Below are positions 18,016-27,309 of a stretch of DNA of 63,118 nucleotides, one piece after another; the stretch's first letter is position 1, and every line of letters begins with the position of its first letter. This DNA is from Candidatus Woesearchaeota archaeon (lineage in GTDB: Archaea > Nanobdellota > Nanobdellia > Woesearchaeales > UBA9642), in the NCBI GenBank assembly GCA_016928115.1, contig JAFGLI010000014.1, forward strand, positions 1 through 63,118. Direction: 5' to 3'. The notes below the pieces were generated by a model. It was not told the DNA's origin, ran no database searches, and saw only the letters and a program-made list of their open reading frames with translations. The translations under genes were made by a program, and so were the position numbers.

Positions 18016-18891
18016 TCAATCGAATAATGTAACAATCTCATCACATATATCCTCAATTTTTCCACGTAATTGGTATATTTTGTTTTTATCTACTAAATTT
18101 TTTATGAAATCAGACCTTTTTTTGGCAAGTTCTATTGTATCAATAGAGGGTAAAGGACATGAATAATTATTAATATTCTTTGCGACACCCCTTATAATAT
18201 AACTAAACAATTCATACATATGGTATCTGCTTTTATTTTCATCCCACTGTCTAACTTCTAGAGGTCCCTGTGTTATTTGTGGATACACCAACAAAACCAA
18301 TCTAGACTTATTATTTGAAGACAAAGTACATAATTTTGAAACATACAAACAATCTTCTGAAAAATCATATTCTTTTTTTAAAAATTCATTGTCCTCTTCT
18401 AAATAGTGAATACAACCACATATTATAAAATCTTTATCAATAACTGTCCTTCCTTCCGACAAAAAATTGAAACTATAATTTCTAGCCAAATTCAAGGCAA
18501 CACTTGTTTTTCCAGTATCTTTCCAACCAAAAAGTAAAACAGCCTTGCTGTCTTTTTCAACACTACTAGAATGTATACTATATAACTTATTTTCTTGTCT
18601 TGCTCTTTCAAGAAAATAATCAGCAATAAACAAAATATCTTTTAAATTATCTCCTTGATAGTTTATTTTTGGAAAATCTCCAGATAAGGAAAATAATCTT
18701 GATTTTTTAATATTTATAATTGGAAAATCATCTTGGCTTTGGAATGAGATTTTTGGTGATGGTATATATTTTTTTATAAAATCAGATTCTATTACTTCTT
18801 TCAAAAAGTTTTTATCATTAAACCTAAGAGTAACACCTATATTTTGCTTACAGGAAATAAGATTAATCTTTTTTTCTAGATTATCCTCCAT
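18016..18891 (-). CDS. HPr-kinase-C-terminal-like P-loop protein
   Basis: IHSSSVEKDSKAVLLFGWKDTGKTSVALNLARNYSFNFLSEGRTVID resembles the HprK-related kinase pattern (HaSav..g.avll.G.sG.GKST...L.....lsD). Overlaps the GT4 gene by 11 nt. Confidence 0.4.
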   Translation of the reverse strand: MEDNLEKKINLISCKQNIGVTLRFNDKNFLKEVIESDFIKKYIPSPKISFQSQDDFPIINIKKSRLFSLSGDFPKINYQGDNLKDILFIADYFLERARQENKLYSIHSSSVEKDSKAVLLFGWKDTGKTSVALNLARNYSFNFLSEGRTVIDKDFIICGCIHYLEEDNEFLKKEYDFSEDCLYVSKLCTLSSNNKSRLVLLVYPQITQGPLEVRQWDENKSRYHMYELFSYIIRGVAKNINNYSCPLPSIDTIELAKKRSDFIKNLVDKNKIYQLRGKIEDICDEIVTLFD

Positions 18892-19978
18892 TCTTATTCA
18901 CCATATTTTCATAAATTTCTTCTAATTTTGAGATTGTTTTATTGCAATCAAACTTTTCATTAATTGTGGATTTGACCTTAAACCTAAATCCATCAAGTCT
19001 GGAAAAATTATCTAAGACATAATTTATCTTCTCTGAAAGTTCAAGAGAGTTCAGTGGCTCAAAAGTAAATCCGTTTACATTATCTTCTACAGCTTCCAAT
19101 ACCCCACAAGAAGCAGATACTACCGGAATAACACCACAGGCCATTGCTTCTAGAACTGTAGTTACAACACCTTCTCTAGTATCTGCTGTATGAACAAAAA
19201 TTTTAGATCTATTATAATAATCAACAATTTTTTCATCAGGAATATATCCTTTAAAATCAATATCTGAACCATAATATTCTGCTATTTTTTCTAGTTTATT
19301 TTTTTCACTACCCTCTCCACCAATAACTACTTTTAAATTTCTTTTTTTTGAAAGAGATTTTACTAAAACATCAACTCTTTTATAAGGGACCAATCTCCCG
19401 ATATATAGAATATCTATATCTTTTTGTAAATTTTTATCATAAAACTTATTAGTATCAATCCCATTATAACAAAGAGGCACCTCTCCCAAATCATAAAACT
19501 TATTCCACCCATTTGTTATAAAATCCGCAACACTTACAAAGAAATTTGTTTTTTCTATAGAAAGCTTATCAAGAATCTTCCATTCTGGAGGAACCCCATG
19601 AAGATGCAGAACATTGTTTACATCTGAAGGCAAAGCTAAATTATCAATTGAGTAATGAGTTATTACTAAGTCAAATTTATTATCTTCAAAAAAAGAATAT
19701 GCTTCTTTAGCTAGAAATAAGGATTCTATATCCCACTTATTAATATTCGTGTCTTTTAAATTTTCAAAAAAAGAATCTTGAAAAGGATTATATAAAGTAA
19801 TAGTATTTATATCAAACAAATTAAATAAATTTTTGAATTGTTCTGTCTGTTTATTCGTTCTAGAAGTTAAAATAGTAATCTCATGATTTTTAGATAATCT
19901 TTTTATTTGGTCTATTGCAACTAACTCAGCACCGCCAACATAATAACTAATTCTGGGATGATATTCACAAATTTTCAT
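18881..19978 (-). CDS. Glycosyltransferase family 4 (GT-B, group 1)
   Basis: C-terminal EGVVTTVLEAMACGVIPVV...EAVEDNVNGF (EX7E-type motif). Confidence 0.8.
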   Translation of the reverse strand: MKICEYHPRISYYVGGAELVAIDQIKRLSKNHEITILTSRTNKQTEQFKNLFNLFDINTITLYNPFQDSFFENLKDTNINKWDIESLFLAKEAYSFFEDNKFDLVITHYSIDNLALPSDVNNVLHLHGVPPEWKILDKLSIEKTNFFVSVADFITNGWNKFYDLGEVPLCYNGIDTNKFYDKNLQKDIDILYIGRLVPYKRVDVLVKSLSKKRNLKVVIGGEGSEKNKLEKIAEYYGSDIDFKGYIPDEKIVDYYNRSKIFVHTADTREGVVTTVLEAMACGVIPVVSASCGVLEAVEDNVNGFTFEPLNSLELSEKINYVLDNFSRLDGFRFKVKSTINEKFDCNKTISKLEEIYENMVNKNGG

Positions 19979-21296
19979 CTTCTTTTATTTTTTTGATTAT
20001 ATTATTTATGATTTTTTGTGTTCTTACCCATTTGGTAAGTTTAGTCATTTTATAATAGGATAGCCATTTAAAATTAACTTCTCTTGGGATAGGTTTGAAT
20101 TTATTATTAAGTTTTAAAATAAAAAAATGATGTCTCTCCATACCCTTATATCTGTTACTTGCAAAATCGTTTTGTTCACTCGTTAAGAATAATTTTTCTA
20201 TGTTCTTTTCTTTAATTCCAACTTCTTCATTTAATTCCCTAATAAATCCTTCACGAAGACTTTCGCCACTATTAATTCTTCCACCAATTAAACCATAGCC
20301 GTCATCATATTTGGCTACTAAGAACTTTAATTTATTATTTTTTACAATATAAATAACACCATAAACCCCGTGCATTGTCCTTATTTTTCTGGAAAAATGT
20401 CTTTCAATAAATCTAGCTAATTTATTTGTTAGATAATCAGTAATTTCCATTAACCAGACTTCAAGTTTGTATTTTAAACTTTTACCTTTGAGACTTCCAA
20501 ATTTCTCAAAAATTTTTCCTACACCCATATAAACTCTATAATATTTATTATTAAAAAATCTTATCCCTTGTCTATCTTTAAATTTTTGAAACCCCCGACC
20601 ATACTTAAATGCTTTTTTTAAATAAGGAATAAATTTATGAGGATGGTCATGAAAAACAACTAATTTAGGATTATAAACTGTAGAATAACCTGCCTGCATT
20701 ATCAGATACTGCATTTCGAGATCCTCACAACCAAAATTAGGAATAAAATACCCTATTTCTCTTAAGACATTTCTTTTTATAGCCATATTATTCCCAGAAA
20801 CTAGGTAAAAATTCATATTAGAATTGGTAAATTCTCTTGTGTTTTTTTCTTGATTTTTACCCGATTTATACTGATATTTCAATTCTCTAAACCGTTTAAA
20901 TGGTTTATCATGATATGGTTCTCTTTTACCAAAGACCATGCCACAATTTATAAATTTTTTAAAAGTATTATATAAGGTATCGAAGTATCCTTTCTTGACA
21001 TAACAATCTGAATCCAGAAATACAATTATATCTCCATAAGTAATATCTATTGCTGTATTTCTAACTTCAGATATTCCTTCGTTTTTTTTCTTCCTGAAAT
21101 ATTTTATTTTGTTTTTATCCAAAAAATTCAAAACAGGCATAGATAATGGATATTTACTTGAATCATCAACTACAAAAATCTCATAAGTATATCTTTTTTT
21201 GTTTTTCAAATCATCTAATATCCACATAAGACAATTTAAAATAGTCTGATTATTATAATATGCTATCACTATACTAAAATCTTTTTTTCTTTTCAT
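19965..21296 (-). CDS. Glycosyltransferase family 2 fused to a C-terminal Nudix hydrolase domain
   Basis: N-terminal FSIVIAYYNN...VVDDSS...FLDSDC (GT-A DxD). C-terminal perfect Nudix box GGRINSGESLREGFIRELNEEVGI. Confidence 0.8.
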   Translation of the reverse strand: MKRKKDFSIVIAYYNNQTILNCLMWILDDLKNKKRYTYEIFVVDDSSKYPLSMPVLNFLDKNKIKYFRKKKNEGISEVRNTAIDITYGDIIVFLDSDCYVKKGYFDTLYNTFKKFINCGMVFGKREPYHDKPFKRFRELKYQYKSGKNQEKNTREFTNSNMNFYLVSGNNMAIKRNVLREIGYFIPNFGCEDLEMQYLIMQAGYSTVYNPKLVVFHDHPHKFIPYLKKAFKYGRGFQKFKDRQGIRFFNNKYYRVYMGVGKIFEKFGSLKGKSLKYKLEVWLMEITDYLTNKLARFIERHFSRKIRTMHGVYGVIYIVKNNKLKFLVAKYDDGYGLIGGRINSGESLREGFIRELNEEVGIKEKNIEKLFLTSEQNDFASNRYKGMERHHFFILKLNNKFKPIPREVNFKWLSYYKMTKLTKWVRTQKIINNIIKKIKEDENL

Positions 21297-21610
21297 TTTG
21301 TCTCAATATATTCCTTACATAATTTTTCAATAAAATCCTGCTTATCTCTGAATTTATTAACAAATAAAATTGAATGATATTTTATTTTATGCATCTTCAA
21401 CCAAGAAATAACTCCCACTTTATTACTTGAAGCAGTTATGATTAATATAGTTGGGCTAGCTGGTCTTTTTTTTGGTGGTAATACTAAAGTAATAAAAGGA
21501 AAGACTTTTTCAATGATTCTATAAATTTTTAGAACAAGTCCTTTAGGTTCGCAACAAATTGTTCCGTCAAAATCCCATCCTTCAAAAGTTTTTCCAATCG
21601 GTTTGGTCAT
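21293..21610 (-). CDS. Small HAD-like protein
   Basis: WDFDGTI (DxDxT motif I) and IITASS (motif II-like). Only 105 aa. 4-nt ATGA overlap with the GT2-Nudix gene. Confidence 0.35.
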   Translation of the reverse strand: MTKPIGKTFEGWDFDGTICCEPKGLVLKIYRIIEKVFPFITLVLPPKKRPASPTILIITASSNKVGVISWLKMHKIKYHSILFVNKFRDKQDFIEKLCKEYIETK

Positions 21611-21665
21611 TTGAAGTCCCCAAAAGTCTTAATAGTTTTAATTTTATTTGGTCTTAGAAATTTAT

Positions 21666-22127
21666 CTACCCCAAAAACCTTTTATCAATCAAATCAATGT
21701 ATTCCTTTACTCTGCCCATAATGGAATTTAAATAATATTTTTCTATTTTCTCCTCGAAAATGTCATAGAGCTTGGTCTTTTCTGTGATTCTGTACTGGTT
21801 CTTAACTTTTTCAATAAGAAAAATATCCCTTAACCTTAAGATTTGCCTTCTTATATTTGAGGCAGCAATTCCAATTAAAGGTAATTTATGCTTTTTCCTT
21901 TGCTTAATAACCATATCCCTTACATTATCTGAGCTTAACGGCTTATTCTCCTTTAGAAATATATACAATATATCAACAATAATATCCCTTGAATCACCCG
22001 GCTGCAATAATCCTAAACTTAGGCATAATTTCCTGACAAGCTCCCGGTCTTCTATTCTTTTGGGCTTCTCATATTTCCTCAAGGTTATCTCTGCCAAAGG
22101 CGTATCTATTGAGATTTTTCTCCCCAT
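21666..22127 (-). CDS. Putative winged-helix DNA-binding protein
   Basis: EITLRKYEKP...VRKLCLSLGLLQPGDSRDIIVDIL and IAASNIRRQILRLRD suggest an archaeal wHTH regulator. Confidence 0.45.
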   Translation of the reverse strand: MGRKISIDTPLAEITLRKYEKPKRIEDRELVRKLCLSLGLLQPGDSRDIIVDILYIFLKENKPLSSDNVRDMVIKQRKKHKLPLIGIAASNIRRQILRLRDIFLIEKVKNQYRITEKTKLYDIFEEKIEKYYLNSIMGRVKEYIDLIDKRFLG

Positions 22128-22231
22128 TATTTATTAAACCCCCAACAGAGCATAGATTAATCTTTTAGTTTAAAAAACTTTCTATTTTGATTAAAAGTTT
22201 TAATTTTTTTTAATTAGTTATTAGAGAATAA

Positions 22232-25200
22232 TTATAATTTTTTAAAGCCTATTTCAAATTCTTTTGATTTTATTTTATATTTTTCCTTATAATCTAATTT
22301 AGGTAACTTTTCAACTAAATTTATCTTTTCAGCACCAACTTCTTTTTTAAGACTTTTTGTATCTATTTCCCCGGTTAACCATAATTCAATCTTATCTTTT
22401 TTGCTCAAACCAGCTTTTTTCCTCATCATCTGTATCCTTCTTCTTATCTCATTAACAAACCCTTCATTTAAAAGGTTTTTATCCTGTTTAATATTTAAAA
22501 AAACCGTTCCATAACTAAAATTAGAAGCCTCATAGCCTTCAGGAGGTGTTTTCTTAATCTTAAGATGTTCTTTCATAATCTTGTATCCTATATCAATAGT
22601 TTCCTTACCTTTTTCAAGTTCTTTTATTATTTTCTTCTCATTCTTTTTTATCTTCTCTGCAACATCAGGAGTCTCACTGCCAAAATCCTTACCTAAAGCA
22701 CCATAGTCTATCTCAAAAGATATCTTCTCGTGCATTTTTTTTATTTTCACTGACTTTACATTAAGCTGTTTCTTAATAAGCTCATTCATCACAGTCTCTT
22801 TTGTATCTATCACAATCTCAGAAAGAGGCCATCTCTTTCCTATGCCTGCCTTATCCCTGCATGCCAGTCCGTTCTGGATTATCCTTTCAGCAATCTTCAT
22901 ATTATTTTCAAGCTTTTTATTAATCATTTTCTTATCGGCTTTTGGCCAGTCTTCAAGATGAATGGATTCTTTACTTAAACTAAACTCCTTCTTAAGATTC
23001 AGATAAATCTTTTCTGTTATAAATGGACAAATAATTGAAAACATTTTCAGCACTCCTATCAATACTGAGTAAATAACCGGGAAAACAATATCTTCATCCT
23101 TGTCCCTGACCATATGTATATAAGTCCTGCTTAAATCAAGAAACAACTCCTCTATCAGAGGAACAGCCTCATCTATCTGGTAATTATCCAATAATTGTGT
23201 AACCTCTTCTATTGTTGAATTCAGCCTTGACAATATGTATTTTTCTTCAATATCAATTTTTTTCAGATTCTTATTAATTTCAGGATTGTTTTTCTTCATA
23301 TCCAGAATAAAATTATGTATGTTCCATAATATGTTAAGGTTCCTTAATTTTAATTCAGCTTCTTTTTCACTGAAATTCATATTTTCGCCTGCATTGTTTG
23401 AGCACATGTAATACCTTAAACCGTCTCTTCCCACTTTTTTAATAACTTCTTCAGGAGAGATTATATTTCCTAAGGATTTTGACATTTTTTCTCCCTTATA
23501 ATCCAGAATCATGCCGTGAGTATAAACATTTTTATAACTTAGGTCATCAAACATTATAACAGAACCTATCATCAACATAGTAAACCATAATCTTGTCTGT
23601 TCAGTAGCTTCTAAAATAAAATCAGCAGGATAATATTTCTTAAACAAATCCTTTCTTTGAGGATATTCAAGGCAGTTCCATGAAACTGTTCCTGAATCCA
23701 GCCATACATCCAGAACATCAGGCGTTCTTTTTATTAAATTACCGCATTTTGAGCATTTAATTTTCACATCATCTATCCAGGGCTTATGCAGATTCTCGGG
23801 TATTTTGCCAACAGTTTTTTTCTTCAATTCATTAATAGAGCCAATAACCTCATAATTCTTACATTTATCACATTCCCATATGGGTGCAGGTGTTCCCCAG
23901 AACCTCTGCCTTGTTATGGTTATATCCCTTAAATTCTCAACCCATCTCCTGAAGCTGTCATTTTCCCTTGAAGGAACCCATTTTATTTTCTTATCAAGCT
24001 TCAATATCTTGTTTTTTATTTCCATAAGATTCAAAAACCACTGGTCTGTTGTCCTGAAAACAACAGGGTTGTGGCATCTCCAGCAAAAAGGGTACTCGTG
24101 CTCTACTTTTGTGACAGCAATCAGGGATTTTTTCAAAGCATCGATGAATTTTTTATTGTCTCTTTTTGCATTCCAATTGTAAAACTTACCCATCTTTTTT
24201 GAGAAATTGCCTTTTTCATCCAGCTCATTGAAAGGCTTTAAGCCGTAATTTCTACCAACCTCAAAATCCTCGGGCCCGCAGCCGGGTGCGCAGTGAACCA
24301 AACCAGAACCTGCAGATGTATCCACATACTGCCCACTTAAGATAACAGAATGAAGGTTTTCTGATTGTGGGAATTTTATATCTTTTTTCAAGGGATGCTC
24401 ATATTTCAGTCCCTCTAATTTCTCACCCTTGAACTCATCTATAATCTTAAAATTGGATTCCGCTATTTTCCCAATAACTGCACCAACCAGTGCTTTTGCT
24501 GTAATCCATTTTTCCCCCTCGTATTTGCCGTCTTTTATCTCAGCCTTAACATAATCTAACTCAGGATTTACCATAACTGCAAGATTAAAAGGAATTGTCC
24601 ACGGCGTGGTTGTCCATACGATAAGAAATTCATCTTTCTTTGTCCTGAACCTTAAGAATATTGAATCATCTTCTATATTTTTATACTCTAATTCATGTTT
24701 TGCTAAGTTAGTTTCGCAGGAAGCACACCAGGTCATTACTTTCTTGTCCTTATAAAGCAGTTTTTTCTCTTCAGCCTTTTTTATCATCAGCCATTCCCCT
24801 TCAATAAACTCGTTTCTTATAGGCAAATATGCGTTTTCATAATCCATCCAGACACCAAGTTTCCACAGGTCTTTGCTCATTATCTCAGCGTTTTTTCTGG
24901 AAAATTCAATGCATTTTTTTATAAATTTGGCTTCACCGTATTTCTTTATATCTTCCTTGAATTTAAGCTTAAAATCCTTCTGGACCTTGTTTTCTGTTGG
25001 TAAACCGTGCATGTCATAGCCTGCCCTGTCCCAGACATTAAAATCATTCATCCTTTTGTATCTTAATATTATATCTTTCAGGGCATTATTCCATGCTGTT
25101 CCTATATGAATCCTGCCTGATGTATATGGAGGACCCTGTAAAAAATAGAACTTTTTCTTTCCTTTTTTCCTTGCAGTCTCATAAATATTATTATCTGCCC

Positions 25201-25249
25201 AGAATTTTAGGATTTCATCCTCATTTTTCCTGAAATCATATTGCCCCAT
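22232..25249 (-). CDS. ileS: Isoleucyl-tRNA synthetase
   Basis: PPYTSGRIHIGTAWN (HIGH), KMSKSLGN, an editing-domain insertion, and ~1000 aa length. Confidence 0.93.
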   Translation of the reverse strand: MGQYDFRKNEDEILKFWADNNIYETARKKGKKKFYFLQGPPYTSGRIHIGTAWNNALKDIILRYKRMNDFNVWDRAGYDMHGLPTENKVQKDFKLKFKEDIKKYGEAKFIKKCIEFSRKNAEIMSKDLWKLGVWMDYENAYLPIRNEFIEGEWLMIKKAEEKKLLYKDKKVMTWCASCETNLAKHELEYKNIEDDSIFLRFRTKKDEFLIVWTTTPWTIPFNLAVMVNPELDYVKAEIKDGKYEGEKWITAKALVGAVIGKIAESNFKIIDEFKGEKLEGLKYEHPLKKDIKFPQSENLHSVILSGQYVDTSAGSGLVHCAPGCGPEDFEVGRNYGLKPFNELDEKGNFSKKMGKFYNWNAKRDNKKFIDALKKSLIAVTKVEHEYPFCWRCHNPVVFRTTDQWFLNLMEIKNKILKLDKKIKWVPSRENDSFRRWVENLRDITITRQRFWGTPAPIWECDKCKNYEVIGSINELKKKTVGKIPENLHKPWIDDVKIKCSKCGNLIKRTPDVLDVWLDSGTVSWNCLEYPQRKDLFKKYYPADFILEATEQTRLWFTMLMIGSVIMFDDLSYKNVYTHGMILDYKGEKMSKSLGNIISPEEVIKKVGRDGLRYYMCSNNAGENMNFSEKEAELKLRNLNILWNIHNFILDMKKNNPEINKNLKKIDIEEKYILSRLNSTIEEVTQLLDNYQIDEAVPLIEELFLDLSRTYIHMVRDKDEDIVFPVIYSVLIGVLKMFSIICPFITEKIYLNLKKEFSLSKESIHLEDWPKADKKMINKKLENNMKIAERIIQNGLACRDKAGIGKRWPLSEIVIDTKETVMNELIKKQLNVKSVKIKKMHEKISFEIDYGALGKDFGSETPDVAEKIKKNEKKIIKELEKGKETIDIGYKIMKEHLKIKKTPPEGYEASNFSYGTVFLNIKQDKNLLNEGFVNEIRRRIQMMRKKAGLSKKDKIELWLTGEIDTKSLKKEVGAEKINLVEKLPKLDYKEKYKIKSKEFEIGFKKL

Positions 25250-25310
25250 AAAGGAATTAGGAACAATTATTATTTAAATAATTTATCCTCTTTATTGAAA
25301 ATTATAAAGT

Positions 25311-25319
25311 TTTATAAAT
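25311..25319 (+). promoter_or_regulatory. TATA box for cca, leaderless spacing
   Basis: TTTATAAAT ends 21-22 nt before ATG 25341. Confidence 0.55.
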
Positions 25320-25340
25320 AAAAATTATTTATTATCTGAT

Positions 25341-26624
25341 ATGGAAAAAATAATAAGCAAAGTAAAAAAGGAAATTGAGCCTAATCTTAAGATTATGAAA
25401 AAGATAGACTTATTTGCTGAAAAAATAAACAAAACAATAAAAAATCTCAATATCAAAGCAGAATGCATTAAAGGGGGCTCTATAGCCAAAAAGACATTTC
25501 TTAAGGATGACCATGATATTGACTTATTTGTAAGGTTTGACTCTGTTGAATATAAAGATAAGAAATTGTCTGATATTCTTGAGAATATAATTGAAAAGGC
25601 AAAGATAAAGGCTGTAAGGGTCCACGGCTCGAGGGATTATTTTCAGTACCAAGATAATAAATTATTTTATGAGATAGTTCCTGTTTTAAAAGTAAATGAC
25701 TATAAAAAAGCCCTTAATGTCACAGATATGAGCCCTTTGCATGTTGAATGGGTTAATAAAAATCTAAATAAAAAATTAAGGGATGAAATAAGGGTAACCA
25801 AGCAGTTCTGCAAGTCAACCGGAGTATATGGCGCAGAATCCTATATTAATGGTTTCAGCGGGCATATGGTTGATATTTTGATAGTTTATTATGGCTCTTT
25901 TGTTAAGCTGTTGAAAAATTCGCTGAAATGGAAAGCAAAGGTAATAATTGATATTGAAAAGCATCTGAAAAACCCACTTAAAGAATTAAATGAAGCAAAA
26001 CTTCAAAGCCCCATGGTAATTGTTGATCCTGTGCAACCCGATAGGAATGCAGCCTCTGCTTTGTCAATGGAAAAATTTGATTTGTTTAAGGAAAAAGCCA
26101 GACAGTTCTTAGAAAAACCTTCCGAGGATTTCTTTAAGATTAAAAAAATTGACAGGGATTATATTATAAATATATTCAGGGAAACTAAAAAAAGCATGCC
26201 TGCTAAAAATATAAAACTGATTGCCCTGAAAATAATCCCTCTTGAAGGCAAAAGGGATGTTGTGGGCTCAAAAATCCTGAAGGTTTTTGACTATATAAAT
26301 ATGAACATGGATAAAAATGACTTTGATGTTATTAAATCAGGCTGGGACACAAATTCATTTCAGTGGATATATTTCATAACTGAAGACAAAGAGCTTTCGG
26401 AATATGTAATAATAAAAGGGCCTCCGGTAAATGAAAAAGAGCATTGCGAGAATTTCAGGAAAACACATTCATCAGAGGAAATTTTTATAAAAGATAACAG
26501 GATGTTTTTAAAAACCAAGAGAAAATACATGAATCCCGAGGAGCTTATTGAAAATTTAATAAATACTCCTTATTTTAAAAATAAAATCAAAAAAACAGAG
26601 TTTATATTAAATGATAAAATCTGA
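25341..26624 (+). CDS. cca: Archaeal class I CCA-adding tRNA nucleotidyltransferase
   Basis: GGSIAKKTFLKDDHDIDLFVRF catalytic motif and ~430 aa length. Confidence 0.88.
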   Translation: MEKIISKVKKEIEPNLKIMKKIDLFAEKINKTIKNLNIKAECIKGGSIAKKTFLKDDHDIDLFVRFDSVEYKDKKLSDILENIIEKAKIKAVRVHGSRDYFQYQDNKLFYEIVPVLKVNDYKKALNVTDMSPLHVEWVNKNLNKKLRDEIRVTKQFCKSTGVYGAESYINGFSGHMVDILIVYYGSFVKLLKNSLKWKAKVIIDIEKHLKNPLKELNEAKLQSPMVIVDPVQPDRNAASALSMEKFDLFKEKARQFLEKPSEDFFKIKKIDRDYIINIFRETKKSMPAKNIKLIALKIIPLEGKRDVVGSKILKVFDYINMNMDKNDFDVIKSGWDTNSFQWIYFITEDKELSEYVIIKGPPVNEKEHCENFRKTHSSEEIFIKDNRMFLKTKRKYMNPEELIENLINTPYFKNKIKKTEFILNDKI

Positions 26625-26632
26625 AAGATAAA

Positions 26633-26640
26633 TTTATAAA
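26633..26640 (+). promoter_or_regulatory. TATA box for the 26662 ORF
   Basis: TTTATAAA ends 21 nt before ATG 26662. Confidence 0.5.
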
Positions 26641-26661
26641 GAAACTGTTTTTAATTTAAAA

Positions 26662-27006
26662 ATGGCACGTGTTTTGGAAGAAAACCAGATAAGGCAGTTG
26701 GTTGATGATATAAGAATCACTAACCAGAAGATTTATGAGCTGGAAGACACTGCAAAGTTCATAAAGCAGAGCATAGACAGGAGAGACAGGAAGCTGAATG
26801 AAAGCAAGACAATATTTGATGAAAAGCTGGAGAATTTCAGGAAAAACCTAAATGATATAAAAAAAGATACGCAAACTCTTGTTATGCAGTTAAAACTGCT
26901 TGTAGAAAAACTCAGGGATTCAGTCCAGAAAGAAGAGCTGAAACAATTCGAGGAAAAGATAGATTCATTTGATTTTGAGAACTTGGAAACAAAAAAAAGA
27001 CATTAA
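26662..27006 (+). CDS. Coiled-coil hypothetical protein
   Basis: Heptad-rich K/E/L sequence with no catalytic motif. Has its own TATA at leaderless spacing. Confidence 0.4.
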   Translation: MARVLEENQIRQLVDDIRITNQKIYELEDTAKFIKQSIDRRDRKLNESKTIFDEKLENFRKNLNDIKKDTQTLVMQLKLLVEKLRDSVQKEELKQFEEKIDSFDFENLETKKRH

Positions 27007-27091
27007 ATCATTATTTTTATTAAGGGCTTGATGAACAAAAAAACAAATATAAAGGGACTTCAGCTTTAGCTGAATGTCGCTTGGTTTTGGT

Positions 27092-27147
27092 CAAGTTACA
27101 AAAATGGAACATTTTTGAACTTAGAAAAACTTTGTTTTTCGTAAGTT
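27092..27147. repeat. Hairpin-array intergenic element, copy A (2 hairpins)
   Basis: CAAGTTAC-AAAAATG-gaa-CATTTTT-GAACTTAG-AAAAAC-ttt-GTTTTT-CGTAAGTT. Uses the same connectors as copies at 56347 and 57960. Confidence 0.7.
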
Positions 27148-27172
27148 TTTAATGAAATGTCCAAAAACTTGC

Positions 27173-27245
27173 GGGCTTGTGATCTAGCGGCTATGATTCC
27201 TCCCTTACACGGAGGCTATCGCCGGTTCGATTCCGGCCAAGCCCA
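27173..27245 (+). tRNA. tRNA-Val(UAC)
   Basis: Acceptor GGGCUUG/CAAGCCC, anticodon stem CCUCC/GGAGG with loop CUUACAC, T arm GCCGG-UUCGAUU-CCGGC. Confidence 0.9.
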
Positions 27246-27309
27246 ATAGCCCTTTAAAAAAGTGCTATTATCCCAAATAAGTTCGACCTTCGGTCGAATA
27301 AAAAGTTTA

